This document shows, in pieces, positions 19,547-28,582 of a stretch of DNA of 64,000 nt. The notes beneath the pieces are model-generated. The model saw only the letters and a program-made list of their open reading frames with translations. It had not been told where the DNA came from and made no database searches. The stretch comes from a virus, in IMG/VR virus record IMGVR_UViG_3300025087_000641, positions 41,405-105,404 of that record; one strand, written 5' to 3'. The position numbers and the translations under genes were made by a program. Position 1 is the stretch's first letter. The number at the start of each line of letters is the position of its first letter.

Positions 19547-22111
19547 CTATATCGCAATCACATCCACAACAGCATTCAGGGCTGCGTTCCGAACGGCAGA
19601 GGCAAGTATGCCATCCCCCTGAACGTTTAGAGTTACCATGATATTAGACCCAGTTCCACCAGCCATTAGCATTGGCTCTTGACCACCACCAGGGCCAGGG
19701 GCGGGATATGGGTTGTCCCCCAAGTCTGGAATTGGGGCGGGCGGGCCAGGTTCTTCGCCATATGGAATGGGGGGTGGATTCCCGCTAGGAGTACCGCCCC
19801 CTCCAGATTCAAGGTCGCCATAATATTGATTGATACCCATTCTTTCTTGCCAATACCGAATTAGATTTGTAATGCGTTGCTGATATTCAAGACTCTCTCT
19901 GCCTGAAACATTTGTTAGGAACAATTCAATATTTGCTTCTTCTTGGCGACGATACGCCTCTTGTTCGCCAATCTGTTCCTGTAACGCCTGTTGCAAATCC
20001 CGCTTTCGTCTTTCGTCTGCCCGCCGTGCGTCCTCTACCTCGCGGTCATATTGTCTCTGGATTTCGCGGCGTCTATTATCATACTCGTCGGCAATATCCT
20101 TGAGCCTGTCCTGCTTCTGGCGCTCGGCATCTTCCTCTTTCTGCTTGCGGTCTGCCTCGGCGTCTTTAAGTTCCTCGTTGCGGGCTAGTTCGGCCTCAAA
20201 CAATGCGCGGGCATCAAGGTCAATAAGCGCCTGAATTCTTGAGCGGGCATATTTGTCAAGTATCTTTTGAATACGTCTCTGGTATGCGGACTCGGCATCC
20301 TCTGAGTCCTTGTGTCTCTTCTCCTCGGCATCAGAGATTGCTTTATCCCGATCCTTCTGCGATTTCTCCTCAAGATCAGCCAAATCCCTGTCGCGCTTTG
20401 TGGCAGCATCAATCATGTCATCGGCCAACTCGCGCTCAGAGTCGAGGACATCCTGTTTGTATTTGTCCCTAAGTTCTTGAATTTTCTTGTCAACTTTTTC
20501 CCAAAGTTCAAGAGTCTTCTGTGCGGCCTGTTCAAATGCTACAGGCTTGAAAGCATCCTGAAGTTCTTTGAGTGTGATAATGCCATCTTTGCCCGCCACT
20601 TCTAGGGCGTCTCTGAATTTGAATATTGCCTCATCTGCTAATCCGAAAGCAACCCTAAGTTTATCCAGTGCCTCTGGGGTTAGAGTCCCAGCCTTCTCGT
20701 TGAACTCTATAGCCTTCTTTGCGGCCTCTTCAAATCCAAAATCTAGTGTTTTCCCAGATATGTCGTTAAGTTTTTCAAGCGCCTCGGTTATTGCGTTCTC
20801 GCGTTGTTCTTGAAATGCCAGTTGTTCATTGAGGGCTTCAATTGCCTCGCGTCTGTCATCTGTAGCCCTTATTCCGTTATATTCAGATTCGGAAAGAAGA
20901 TAATTTGACTGAACTAATGTCTCTATAGTATCAGTCCCGTCAGACATTACACTTACAAGATCGCCACTACTGTTTACGGCCAAGTTTTGTGATTTTGCAA
21001 CCCGCTCCAATTCTGCGCGATATTCTCCATAGGTCTTGGAACTTTTAGACATCTCGCTGGCATGTGTTTTTATTGCCGCATTGATGTCTATGTATCCAAA
21101 TAGAAGAATGTCAAGGGACTTTATGAGTGGCGAAACAGCATCACCAATATGTGTCTTTATCGCATTTGTAGCATCTGTAATATGTGTCTCAAATCGCTCA
21201 TAGGCATTTGCGGCATCGTCAACCAATCCGCCAGTATCTTTCAGGAGTTTATTCCCATCCTCAATAATGGCGTTTGTTAGTGCCTGTCGCTTCTCTGCCT
21301 CGGTTAGATCATCTGCCACTTTGCCAATTGACTTCCCATAATTGGCGTAGGCGGTTTCTCCATCAATGACAATACCAATATCGTCAAGGACGCGGGTAGA
21401 CAGACGCCCAATACCGAGGATGATACGTTCAAATGCGGCTTCTGTGTCAAGTCCGGCAGCACGTCCACGAATGGCGGCAATCTCAAGCAACTTCGCCATT
21501 GTGTCGGTATCTCTCGCCACTCCGAGGAGCATAGATCGGTTTGCCTGTGTAATGGCTTCGTTGGCAGAGATAGCACCGTGCGAGGCGGTTTTCATCTTCG
21601 CCACCGCCTCTTCCATATCAACGCCGTAACTCTGTGCTAATTTAGTGCCTGTCTCCCGCAGGCGGTCAATGGCCGCGCCCTCTTTTCCGAAGTCGTATGC
21701 GGATTTTATGGCAACAGCAAACGCGGTAAGAATTCCAGTCGCAATTAGAGCGTCTTGGGCAAGAGCGGCAAATGATTTGCCAAATTCCTCATTCTGCTTG
21801 ATCGCCCCCTCCATGCCTCCTTTTGCCCCAATCGTGGAGAGACGCCCGAGGAATGTTCGTTGTATATCGTTGAACTTCTGTTGTTGGTCTGCTAATTCCT
21901 TTTGGAGGAGTATCTGCTGCTTGATGTTGGCTTGTGAATTCTTGAAAGCCTCTGTTTCAGAAGACCGAAGTAAGGCATTTCTATTACGGAGAGACTCGTA
22001 TTGGGCGCGATTCAGGGCCTCAACTGAGGCTTTCGCCTCATCAAGCACTTTTTTCCCCGCGAACATCGCGTTAATTAGAATCTTGATTTCGTCGGATGCG
22101 CCTGTTGGCAT
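19547..22111 (-). CDS. Tape measure protein
   Basis: Long Ala-rich helical protein; GIGRLSTRVLDDIGI motif; charged coiled coil; follows the chaperones. Confidence 0.88.
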   Translation of the reverse strand: MPTGASDEIKILINAMFAGKKVLDEAKASVEALNRAQYESLRNRNALLRSSETEAFKNSQANIKQQILLQKELADQQQKFNDIQRTFLGRLSTIGAKGGMEGAIKQNEEFGKSFAALAQDALIATGILTAFAVAIKSAYDFGKEGAAIDRLRETGTKLAQSYGVDMEEAVAKMKTASHGAISANEAITQANRSMLLGVARDTDTMAKLLEIAAIRGRAAGLDTEAAFERIILGIGRLSTRVLDDIGIVIDGETAYANYGKSIGKVADDLTEAEKRQALTNAIIEDGNKLLKDTGGLVDDAANAYERFETHITDATNAIKTHIGDAVSPLIKSLDILLFGYIDINAAIKTHASEMSKSSKTYGEYRAELERVAKSQNLAVNSSGDLVSVMSDGTDTIETLVQSNYLLSESEYNGIRATDDRREAIEALNEQLAFQEQRENAITEALEKLNDISGKTLDFGFEEAAKKAIEFNEKAGTLTPEALDKLRVAFGLADEAIFKFRDALEVAGKDGIITLKELQDAFKPVAFEQAAQKTLELWEKVDKKIQELRDKYKQDVLDSERELADDMIDAATKRDRDLADLEEKSQKDRDKAISDAEEKRHKDSEDAESAYQRRIQKILDKYARSRIQALIDLDARALFEAELARNEELKDAEADRKQKEEDAERQKQDRLKDIADEYDNRRREIQRQYDREVEDARRADERRKRDLQQALQEQIGEQEAYRRQEEANIELFLTNVSGRESLEYQQRITNLIRYWQERMGINQYYGDLESGGGGTPSGNPPPIPYGEEPGPPAPIPDLGDNPYPAPGPGGGQEPMLMAGGTGSNIMVTLNVQGDGILASAVRNAALNAVVDVIAI

Positions 22112-22112
22112 A

Positions 22113-22448
22113 TTACTCTTTTGGCCTTTGCGGTAACTGGACTCTTACTTCAAGCGGATTGTTAGTCTTTGTTTCCCCGCCTTTTGCCCACCGCAATAGA
22201 CTTACCCCATTAGGATTGTTCTTTTCCCAATCACGCTTATTCTTGGCGTCGTGTTTGCCCTTTGCTGTATGATATACATTAAGGCATGTCCGAATATCCC
22301 TGACAACTCGTGGGTCTTGTGTGTCAAATCCAAGTTCGGATGGTGACATTCTAAGATGTTCGCAAATCAATCCGGCCTCAAGCAGTCGTGGCGGGGGGCA
22401 ACGACTCGGACTATCCACATAGTCTATTACCCCCCTTGCGAGTTTGGG
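22113..22448 (-). CDS. Tail assembly chaperone GT extension (reached by -1 frameshift)
   Basis: -1 frame from CCCAAAC reads KLARGVIDYVDSPSRCPPPRLL... open to 22113. Confidence 0.75.
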   Translation of the reverse strand, partial: PKLARGVIDYVDSPSRCPPPRLLEAGLICEHLRMSPSELGFDTQDPRVVRDIRTCLNVYHTAKGKHDAKNKRDWEKNNPNGVSLLRWAKGGETKTNNPLEVRVQLPQRPKE

Positions 22449-22762
22449 TCAGAGGCGTTGGTCTTTTCGTAGAGGTCGGTGATGCACTCCACAAGCCACG
22501 CCACAAGTTTTGGTGACGCCGGGAAAGTCTCGTAAGTCACGGGATTCGGAAGTCCAGAAATATCCCACAGTTTTACAAGCGGAATAGCAGCAGGCAGAAG
22601 TGCGGCATAGAACTCGTAAAGAGAGTCTGTTGACTCTTTGAGTTTCGTTGCCACCGATAGTGCTTTCTCCCATGCTACCAAAGCGGGAAACGAGAGATAG
22701 TCATTGTGGAAGGTTATCTTTCCCCTCCACCTATCAACATCACATGGATATTCAAGAGGCAT
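22427..22762 (-). CDS. Tail assembly chaperone G
   Basis: Upstream of the tape measure; ends DPNSQGG* with an in-frame slippery heptamer. Confidence 0.78.
   Translation of the reverse strand: MPLEYPCDVDRWRGKITFHNDYLSFPALVAWEKALSVATKLKESTDSLYEFYAALLPAAIPLVKLWDISGLPNPVTYETFPASPKLVAWLVECITDLYEKTNASDPNSQGG
22442..22448 (-). other. Programmed -1 frameshift site C CCA AAC
   Basis: X XXY YYZ heptamer in the correct phase (GAC CCA AAC), four codons before the stop. Confidence 0.82.
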
Positions 22763-22790
22763 TTGTCATCTTCTTTCTGTGGTGTTCGCC

Positions 22791-22952
22791 ACAAACAAAA
22801 ACGGGCAACGGCAGTCTTTTCGACTATTTTCCGTTGCCCGCGCTAAAGGCCGAGTCTATTATTCAGTTCCCATAAAAGTACCCAAGATAATGATAAGTGT
22901 GGACTATTTATGGGTTACATAACATTTTATACAAGTTTTCACAAAAGTCAAG
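22791..22952 (-). promoter_or_regulatory. Internal promoter and leader hairpin upstream of the chaperone gene
   Basis: Minus strand TTGACT-N16-TAAAAT; 10-bp stem CGGGCAACGG/CCGTTGCCCG (22802-22840) followed by TTTTTGTTT. Confidence 0.6.
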
Positions 22953-23301
22953 GGGAGATTTCAACCACTCCCGAAATTGTAATTTGTGTCGCAGACTTGC
23001 ACTTTCGGCACACAAACTCCATGTCTCCAGAGTCGTCTACAATCGTGTAAGGCAGGGCTAAATCACATATCCTCGCCAAACAGTCAAGATTCGAGCAACG
23101 GATAGGCTCTGGGGCGATTGGGGCGACGTAACGGGGCAATTTCACCCTGTAACTGACAATTGCCTCGTGGTGTATTGCTTTTGAGCACCGCTGGCACTTT
23201 ACGGACAGGTCTGGGGCATTTCCCTGCATAACCTGACACTCATGCCTGCTTTTGAATAGGAGGGCATTGCAGGTGTGGCGGACATCATTTCTGAAGACCA
23301 T
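22948..23301 (-). CDS. Tandem zinc-ribbon protein, Com-like
   Basis: HTCNALLF..VKCQRC and RCSNLDC..FVCRKCK. Confidence 0.55.
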   Translation of the reverse strand: MVFRNDVRHTCNALLFKSRHECQVMQGNAPDLSVKCQRCSKAIHHEAIVSYRVKLPRYVAPIAPEPIRCSNLDCLARICDLALPYTIVDDSGDMEFVCRKCKSATQITISGVVEISP

Positions 23302-23302
23302 T

Positions 23303-24385
23303 CTAATGCGTCAGTAGTCTAAGCCAGACAGACCAAATCCCAAGAAGGTCTGTAGTATCATCAAATGGAAGGGTCAGCATTACAAATGTTCCGGGGTTGT
23401 CATATTGTGCCCTAGTTCCAGACTCTAGGCGTGTGCCATATTTCAGATACAACAAAACGTGGTACTCCCACGGATTTGCCCCATACTTCTCTATAATCTC
23501 ATTGCGCTCATATTCATGTCCCGCCCAAAAGCGGTCACTCTTGCGTGAGGCCCGTTCATCAGATTCGGAGCGTAGAAACAGGTTGGCAAACAGATCATAT
23601 GCCCACACATCTTCGCGCAGTCTTGAGCGAAGTGACAGACGAGATAGATTTTCAAGCTCATACCAGAATGTTTTACACGCCAATTCGTCGCCGTAATTGC
23701 ACATTGCAGCTAATACTTCAAGCGTTGCAGCGCTGGTGTTACTTTCTAGTATCGCGGATTTCTCTCTCCATGTTTCTCCGTCTTGGGGATTTAGAAAGTT
23801 TCCCCCCTGAATATGAACCATTTCGTGGACGAAAACCTCAAGTATGTCTCGGCTGTCTTGCCATGCCGGATCATCAAAGTAGCGTGCATTTATCCAGACG
23901 ACACACATATTCCTACCAACGCTTGGGTCATACTCACAATTGGCACGTCCGCCAACCTGAAACGATGTATCCCCATCCCACGGACGAACAACAATGTAAT
24001 CTGGATATATGCCCTCTCCAACACGCTCTCTAAGATAATACGGAATAATGCGGGTTGCATAATCAACAAGCCATTTGCTGTTGGTATATATTCCCCAAGT
24101 CTCTTCTTGGTCATAGAATTGACTCCGGTTGTAATCTGCTACAACTGGAACTGGCTCACCCGCCTTCTGGTGTGCCACAACTGCTATCACTGCATCTCTG
24201 GCGATTTGAGGTATTTGTGTATTGTGCCATGCCCACACCTCAGTACCTACAGACCCCAATGATACAACAGTCACCACAAGAACAAGAATGCCCATCTTGA
24301 TTTGTGGCCTGAATTTTCGCCAGCCAGTTACTATTGGCTTCTTTGCTATTCGTTTCTTTGTGGTGGACTTTCTTTTTGCGGGCAT
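23303..24385 (-). CDS. Membrane-anchored HExxH zinc metalloprotease-like protein
   Basis: Basic N-terminus, TM GILVLVVTVVSLGSV, VFVHEMVHIQ, downstream E in LESNT. Confidence 0.62.
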   Translation of the reverse strand: MPAKRKSTTKKRIAKKPIVTGWRKFRPQIKMGILVLVVTVVSLGSVGTEVWAWHNTQIPQIARDAVIAVVAHQKAGEPVPVVADYNRSQFYDQEETWGIYTNSKWLVDYATRIIPYYLRERVGEGIYPDYIVVRPWDGDTSFQVGGRANCEYDPSVGRNMCVVWINARYFDDPAWQDSRDILEVFVHEMVHIQGGNFLNPQDGETWREKSAILESNTSAATLEVLAAMCNYGDELACKTFWYELENLSRLSLRSRLREDVWAYDLFANLFLRSESDERASRKSDRFWAGHEYERNEIIEKYGANPWEYHVLLYLKYGTRLESGTRAQYDNPGTFVMLTLPFDDTTDLLGIWSVWLRLLTH

Positions 24386-24435
24386 ATCATACTCCCCCTA
24401 AAAGGGTGATTTATATATTTGATTCTACCACGCCA

Positions 24436-24569
24436 TTGACACTATGTAAAGGTATGGTACAATTTGGTTGTCACCCACTATGCAAGATGGTATAATGTCT
24501 TTGCGACTCCTCTGCCACAAGCCTTGCGCTAGTGGGTGACACAGAGGAGTTGCTTTTATTTTCAGGAGT
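24436..24569 (+). promoter_or_regulatory. Tandem promoters plus terminator-like leader upstream of the DUF559 endonuclease
   Basis: TTGACA-N16-TACAAT (24436-24463); TTGTCA-N17-TATAAT (24468-24496); stem 24503-24514/24542-24553 followed by TTTTATTTT. Confidence 0.7.
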
Positions 24570-24573
24570 CATT

Positions 24574-25356
24574 ATGGCTAAAAGTTCTTTGGGTAAAAAG
24601 CGCGGTATTCACACTTGCAATGTGTGTGGCGTAAAATTTAAGAGATGGTGTGATGCGCCAATACTCTTGATATGTGAGGACTGTTATTTAATAACTATAC
24701 CATGTGAACAATGTGGAGAACCTGCAAGGAAATATACAAAAGTTGCTAGGCCAAGAAGATTCTGTGACAGCAAGTGCAGGCAGACATATATTGCTAGAAA
24801 GACAGCACAAACTAGGGGCGAAACAACAAGGCAAAAACACAAAACAGACCAAGTTTACCACGAAAAGATGTCTGCAATTTTAAGGTCTGTTCATCATCTT
24901 TCACAAACGAAAGAGAATTTTGAGGCAATATCTAAAAGTCTCAAGAAGAGATGGAAAAATAAAGATTATAGGGAATATATGTCGGCAATGTCGCGTCGGA
25001 TTTGGGAAGACAGGGATAAAATGCTGAATTCCGTAAAGTGGCATCCAACTAAAATGACAAATCTAGAAAGGAAAATTGATGAAATTATATCGGAATGGGG
25101 AATTACATATCACTTAAATTATATGGTCGGGAGATACTTTATAGATTTTGCATTCCCAGAACATATGATTGGCATAGAATGTGATGGGGAATATTGGCAT
25201 CGTAACACAAGGGAAAGAGAAGCCAAGCGTGATGCTTGGCTCTCATCTTGTGGTTGGACAATTATTAGACTCTCTGAAAACGAGATTGAAAATTGTCCCG
25301 TTTGGACACTTGCCACAAAGGTGGTTCCCCTTATAGAGAATTGTTCTAATCCCTAG
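24574..25356 (+). CDS. Zn-finger plus DUF559/Vsr-like endonuclease, antisense
   Basis: CxxC repeats; YFIDFAFPEHMIGIECDGEYWH, RDAWL..GWTIIRL. Confidence 0.85.
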   Translation: MAKSSLGKKRGIHTCNVCGVKFKRWCDAPILLICEDCYLITIPCEQCGEPARKYTKVARPRRFCDSKCRQTYIARKTAQTRGETTRQKHKTDQVYHEKMSAILRSVHHLSQTKENFEAISKSLKKRWKNKDYREYMSAMSRRIWEDRDKMLNSVKWHPTKMTNLERKIDEIISEWGITYHLNYMVGRYFIDFAFPEHMIGIECDGEYWHRNTREREAKRDAWLSSCGWTIIRLSENEIENCPVWTLATKVVPLIENCSNP

Positions 25357-26735
25357 AGTACCCCCGTGCCCAGACTCCTCCCCGGAACTCCACTAAGCAA
25401 CTGGAAACTGAATGGAAAGTTATCATTTCTAACAACTCGGTAATTCCCAGTCAGAACCCATGCACCATTGCTATCAGCAACACTCACATTTTCAATATAG
25501 GCAGGCACGGAAGCACTCAATTGCATATTGGAAGCACCGATTCGCCAGGGTGTAGAATATAACCAATGCATCTGAATCTCGCTGGCGTTCTTCCACTTCT
25601 GATACTCAAGTTCATTGTTTAACAGAAGGGTAATGTTGCCAGTATATTCAGTTGCACCGAAGAATGAACCCTGTGGGCCTTGCACGCCAGCAGCGGCACG
25701 ATAGTTGCGGTTGCCAGTTGAGATAGTCATGTCGCCGTTCTGCATCACATCCCACTGAGTCCCGTTGTCGCGTCTCACGCGCAATCCCCACGCGGGCCAG
25801 ATGCGAAGTGGGGATGGAGAATGGAGAGTCGTTTCCGCACTAGACCCAGTTGGTTCGCCCTCAAAGTCAGCGGTTACATTGAAGATACCATCAACTGCCT
25901 CGGAGTCGGCAGTAAGAGTTAGACTCTTTAGAACCATCCCCGTATGCATAAAGGAGAGGTTGGCAGATGCCTCGCCAGCAGTCGGGTTATTGAGTCTCTC
26001 GAATGCGAGAGTTGGCGCTGAGGAGTTGACCGTAAAAGTGTGCAACCAGTGTTTGATTGCAGAGACACTGACAACGCCCGTAGATGCTCCAGAGATAGAG
26101 ATACCAGAGGCCGCGATAGAAGACCATGCAGTTCTGGTATAGGCAACTACTGATTGGGCAGACCCAAACGAGATTTGTTCACTCGCGCCATTACCATACG
26201 AGTCGATGCCACTGATGGAGATAGTACCAGCGGGAATACCACCCGACAGTTGGATTTGTAGAATCTTTCCGCCCGATTCTGGTTGATTGTTGAGAACAAG
26301 GGCTTTTGGGTCTGCGTTTAGAGGTTCATTTCCCCGCAGAAGTTGTGGCGCTGATGCTTGCGGAATCATGTCCGTAGAAGCACCACCCATCGCCGCATAC
26401 AGAAGTACACCCAAGAAGTCGGGGATGACGGGTGCAGAGAATCCGCCCTCTGACCAAGTACGTCCCTGCACTGGCGGTTGCTGATTGATGCGCCTATCGC
26501 CTGCATGTCCAGCGGGAAAGATAGTTGCTCGTTGTTCTTGCAGGGAGGGCAAGTCATCGGTAATCATGTTGTGCCACATGCCCCCCTCCCACCATGCCTT
26601 TCCGAGGTGGGCCGCAAGTCCAGTGGCGTAAGCACCCGCACTCGGCGCAACACCACGATTCCACGCTGGTGTGGCGGCCTGATTCACCTCAACAGAAATT
26701 TTGAGTCCCTGATTAAAAGTTGAACTGATTGCCAT
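25353..26735 (-). CDS. Major tail tube protein with inserted beta domain
   Basis: Follows the tail terminator; HTFT..PTLAFER..G.VLKSLTLT..FNVTADFEG pattern of siphoviral tubes. Confidence 0.72.
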   Translation of the reverse strand: MAISSTFNQGLKISVEVNQAATPAWNRGVAPSAGAYATGLAAHLGKAWWEGGMWHNMITDDLPSLQEQRATIFPAGHAGDRRINQQPPVQGRTWSEGGFSAPVIPDFLGVLLYAAMGGASTDMIPQASAPQLLRGNEPLNADPKALVLNNQPESGGKILQIQLSGGIPAGTISISGIDSYGNGASEQISFGSAQSVVAYTRTAWSSIAASGISISGASTGVVSVSAIKHWLHTFTVNSSAPTLAFERLNNPTAGEASANLSFMHTGMVLKSLTLTADSEAVDGIFNVTADFEGEPTGSSAETTLHSPSPLRIWPAWGLRVRRDNGTQWDVMQNGDMTISTGNRNYRAAAGVQGPQGSFFGATEYTGNITLLLNNELEYQKWKNASEIQMHWLYSTPWRIGASNMQLSASVPAYIENVSVADSNGAWVLTGNYRVVRNDNFPFSFQLLSGVPGRSLGTGVL

Positions 26736-26808
26736 TTTTATCTCCCCGAATATCTTTACTCTATCACAAGATATTCAGAATGCAACACGAGTTTTGTTAA
26801 AAGAACAC

Positions 26809-26942
26809 TTGTACTATATCCCATTATATGGTAAAATTTGCTTGCTGAGGTAAGCCATAATACGGTATAATAGAATTCATCAATCGCCTGCATCGGCTTG
26901 CCTCAGCAACAAGACCGTATCGCGGGCGATTGTATTTGGAGG
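26809..26942 (+). promoter_or_regulatory. Tandem promoters plus leader hairpin upstream of the NUMOD3-HNH gene
   Basis: TTGTAC-N17-TAAAAT; TTGCTG-N18-TATAAT; stem 26881-26891/26922-26932 next to RBS GGAGG. Confidence 0.65.
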
Positions 26943-26946
26943 TTGT

Positions 26947-27930
26947 ATGCCAAGAAAAGGCCAGAAGATTACCAAAGAACATAGCCAAGCTATTGCCGAT
27001 GCTAATAGGCGTAGAATTTTCACCCCAGAAATGCGTGGGAATTACAGTAAAGCACAACAGGGCAAAACCCTTTCCGATGAGCATAAGAAGAAACTCAGCG
27101 ACTCTCTTTCTGGAGACAGAAATCCATTTTTTGGAAGAACACATAGCGAGGAGACTCGCAGAAAAATATCCGAGGGGAATAAGGGCAAGGTCGGCTACAA
27201 TCTTGGGAAACATCTCTCTGACAAAACGAAAGAAAAACTTAGACGGGTTCATCTTGGTAAGCCAAGTCCCATGAGGGGAAAGCGGATGTCGGAAGAATCT
27301 AGGGAGAAAATGAGAATGGCTTGGGGCAATCGGCGTATGCGTATGGCTGAGGCAAAGGATATTAGAAAGCGCCAAAGAATGAAAGATGCTTGGAAGTCCA
27401 GAAAGGATAAAATTGGCGGGAATGGAGTTCATCCCGAAACAAGGGAAAAGTTGAGCATCAGTAGAATGGGAACTGGCAATTCTTTTTACGGAAAGAAACA
27501 TTCCCCTGAAACAATAGAAAAAATGACAGGCCCAAACAATAGCCAGTGGAAGGGGGGACACGAAAGATATTATGGCCCGGAATGGACTAAAACACTGAGG
27601 GCAAAAATAAGAAGGCGTGATGGATACAAATGTATGATTAATCCATCCCATCTCATTTCTGGTCATTTTGGCGTTCCAGATGTTCATCACATTATTCCAT
27701 ATTTTGACGCTATTGATGCACAACTAGAGCGTCCACACCGTCACGAAAATCTTATATCGCTCTGTAGAAAATGTCATCGTCGGGCAGAGGCACACCCAAA
27801 TGTCTCTGTGCCACAACTCCAATCATTGCTTATTGAAAGATATAGTTATCAAAGGGAAAATATGTTATCTATGCCGATATACATTCAAACTGAAAAATCC
27901 ACCCAATCATGTCCGTGCCCGCAAATGTGA
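26947..27930 (+). CDS. NUMOD3-repeat HNH homing endonuclease, antisense
   Basis: Repeated HSEETRRKIS-like/NPFFG motifs; WKGG; RRRDGYKC; DVHHIIP..NLISLCRKCH. Confidence 0.9.
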   Translation: MPRKGQKITKEHSQAIADANRRRIFTPEMRGNYSKAQQGKTLSDEHKKKLSDSLSGDRNPFFGRTHSEETRRKISEGNKGKVGYNLGKHLSDKTKEKLRRVHLGKPSPMRGKRMSEESREKMRMAWGNRRMRMAEAKDIRKRQRMKDAWKSRKDKIGGNGVHPETREKLSISRMGTGNSFYGKKHSPETIEKMTGPNNSQWKGGHERYYGPEWTKTLRAKIRRRDGYKCMINPSHLISGHFGVPDVHHIIPYFDAIDAQLERPHRHENLISLCRKCHRRAEAHPNVSVPQLQSLLIERYSYQRENMLSMPIYIQTEKSTQSCPCPQM

Positions 27931-28333
27931 GCAAATTATTTCCATTTCCAACTCCATATTGCCCACCAGTCAGAAACACTTTCACCCCGCCAAGTTGTGA
28001 TAGCAAATTTGTTATCACCGTGGTATCCTGAAACTTCTCTCGCCACTTCTGCCCGAATGGAATAGCCGCATTCTCAATATATCTCAACTTTCCCCCTGCC
28101 GATTCTCTTGGAAGTACAAACAAAACGGAATTGAAGGTCATGGAATTCGCCCACACATTTGGGAATGCCCGTGGCGTAGCCCCAAATGATGGAATGAAAT
28201 GTATCACGGCAGGCAGGACATTGTTTAGCGAGTCTGGATTCTGTGCATATCCAAACGACGCCTTGACTCCATCAATAGATGCCTCTTGCGCTGCAATGAG
28301 GTTGATAGCATTTTCTTCGCGGAACGCTGGCAC
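27869..28333 (-). CDS. Tail terminator/completion protein
   Basis: Position between the head-tail adaptor and the tube; size and LPAVI..F pattern. Confidence 0.62.
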   Translation of the reverse strand: MPAFREENAINLIAAQEASIDGVKASFGYAQNPDSLNNVLPAVIHFIPSFGATPRAFPNVWANSMTFNSVLFVLPRESAGGKLRYIENAAIPFGQKWREKFQDTTVITNLLSQLGGVKVFLTGGQYGVGNGNNLLTFAGTDMIGWIFQFECISA

Positions 28334-28576
28334 TCACTTCACCAATAGTCCAACCAGATAGATGATAACAGAAGCGACAAATGGGCCGCCTACAAACATC
28401 AATATCTTGACAATGGTATCAACCCTCTTCTCCACGAGAACACTCTTGGTAACTAAGCCACCCTCCATATTTCCATTGCCATAGATGGTTTGTCTCATAC
28501 AATCCAATGTCTCTTTTACATCCTTGACATCTGAATGTAACTCTAGGAGTATTTCGTGATCGGTCAACTCACTCAT
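28334..28576 (-). CDS. Coiled-coil plus C-terminal TM protein (holin/XhlA-like)
   Basis: IYGNG..GLV motif then TM ILMFVGGPFVASVIIYLVGLL. Confidence 0.55.
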   Translation of the reverse strand: MSELTDHEILLELHSDVKDVKETLDCMRQTIYGNGNMEGGLVTKSVLVEKRVDTIVKILMFVGGPFVASVIIYLVGLLVK

Positions 28577-28582
28577 AACGCC

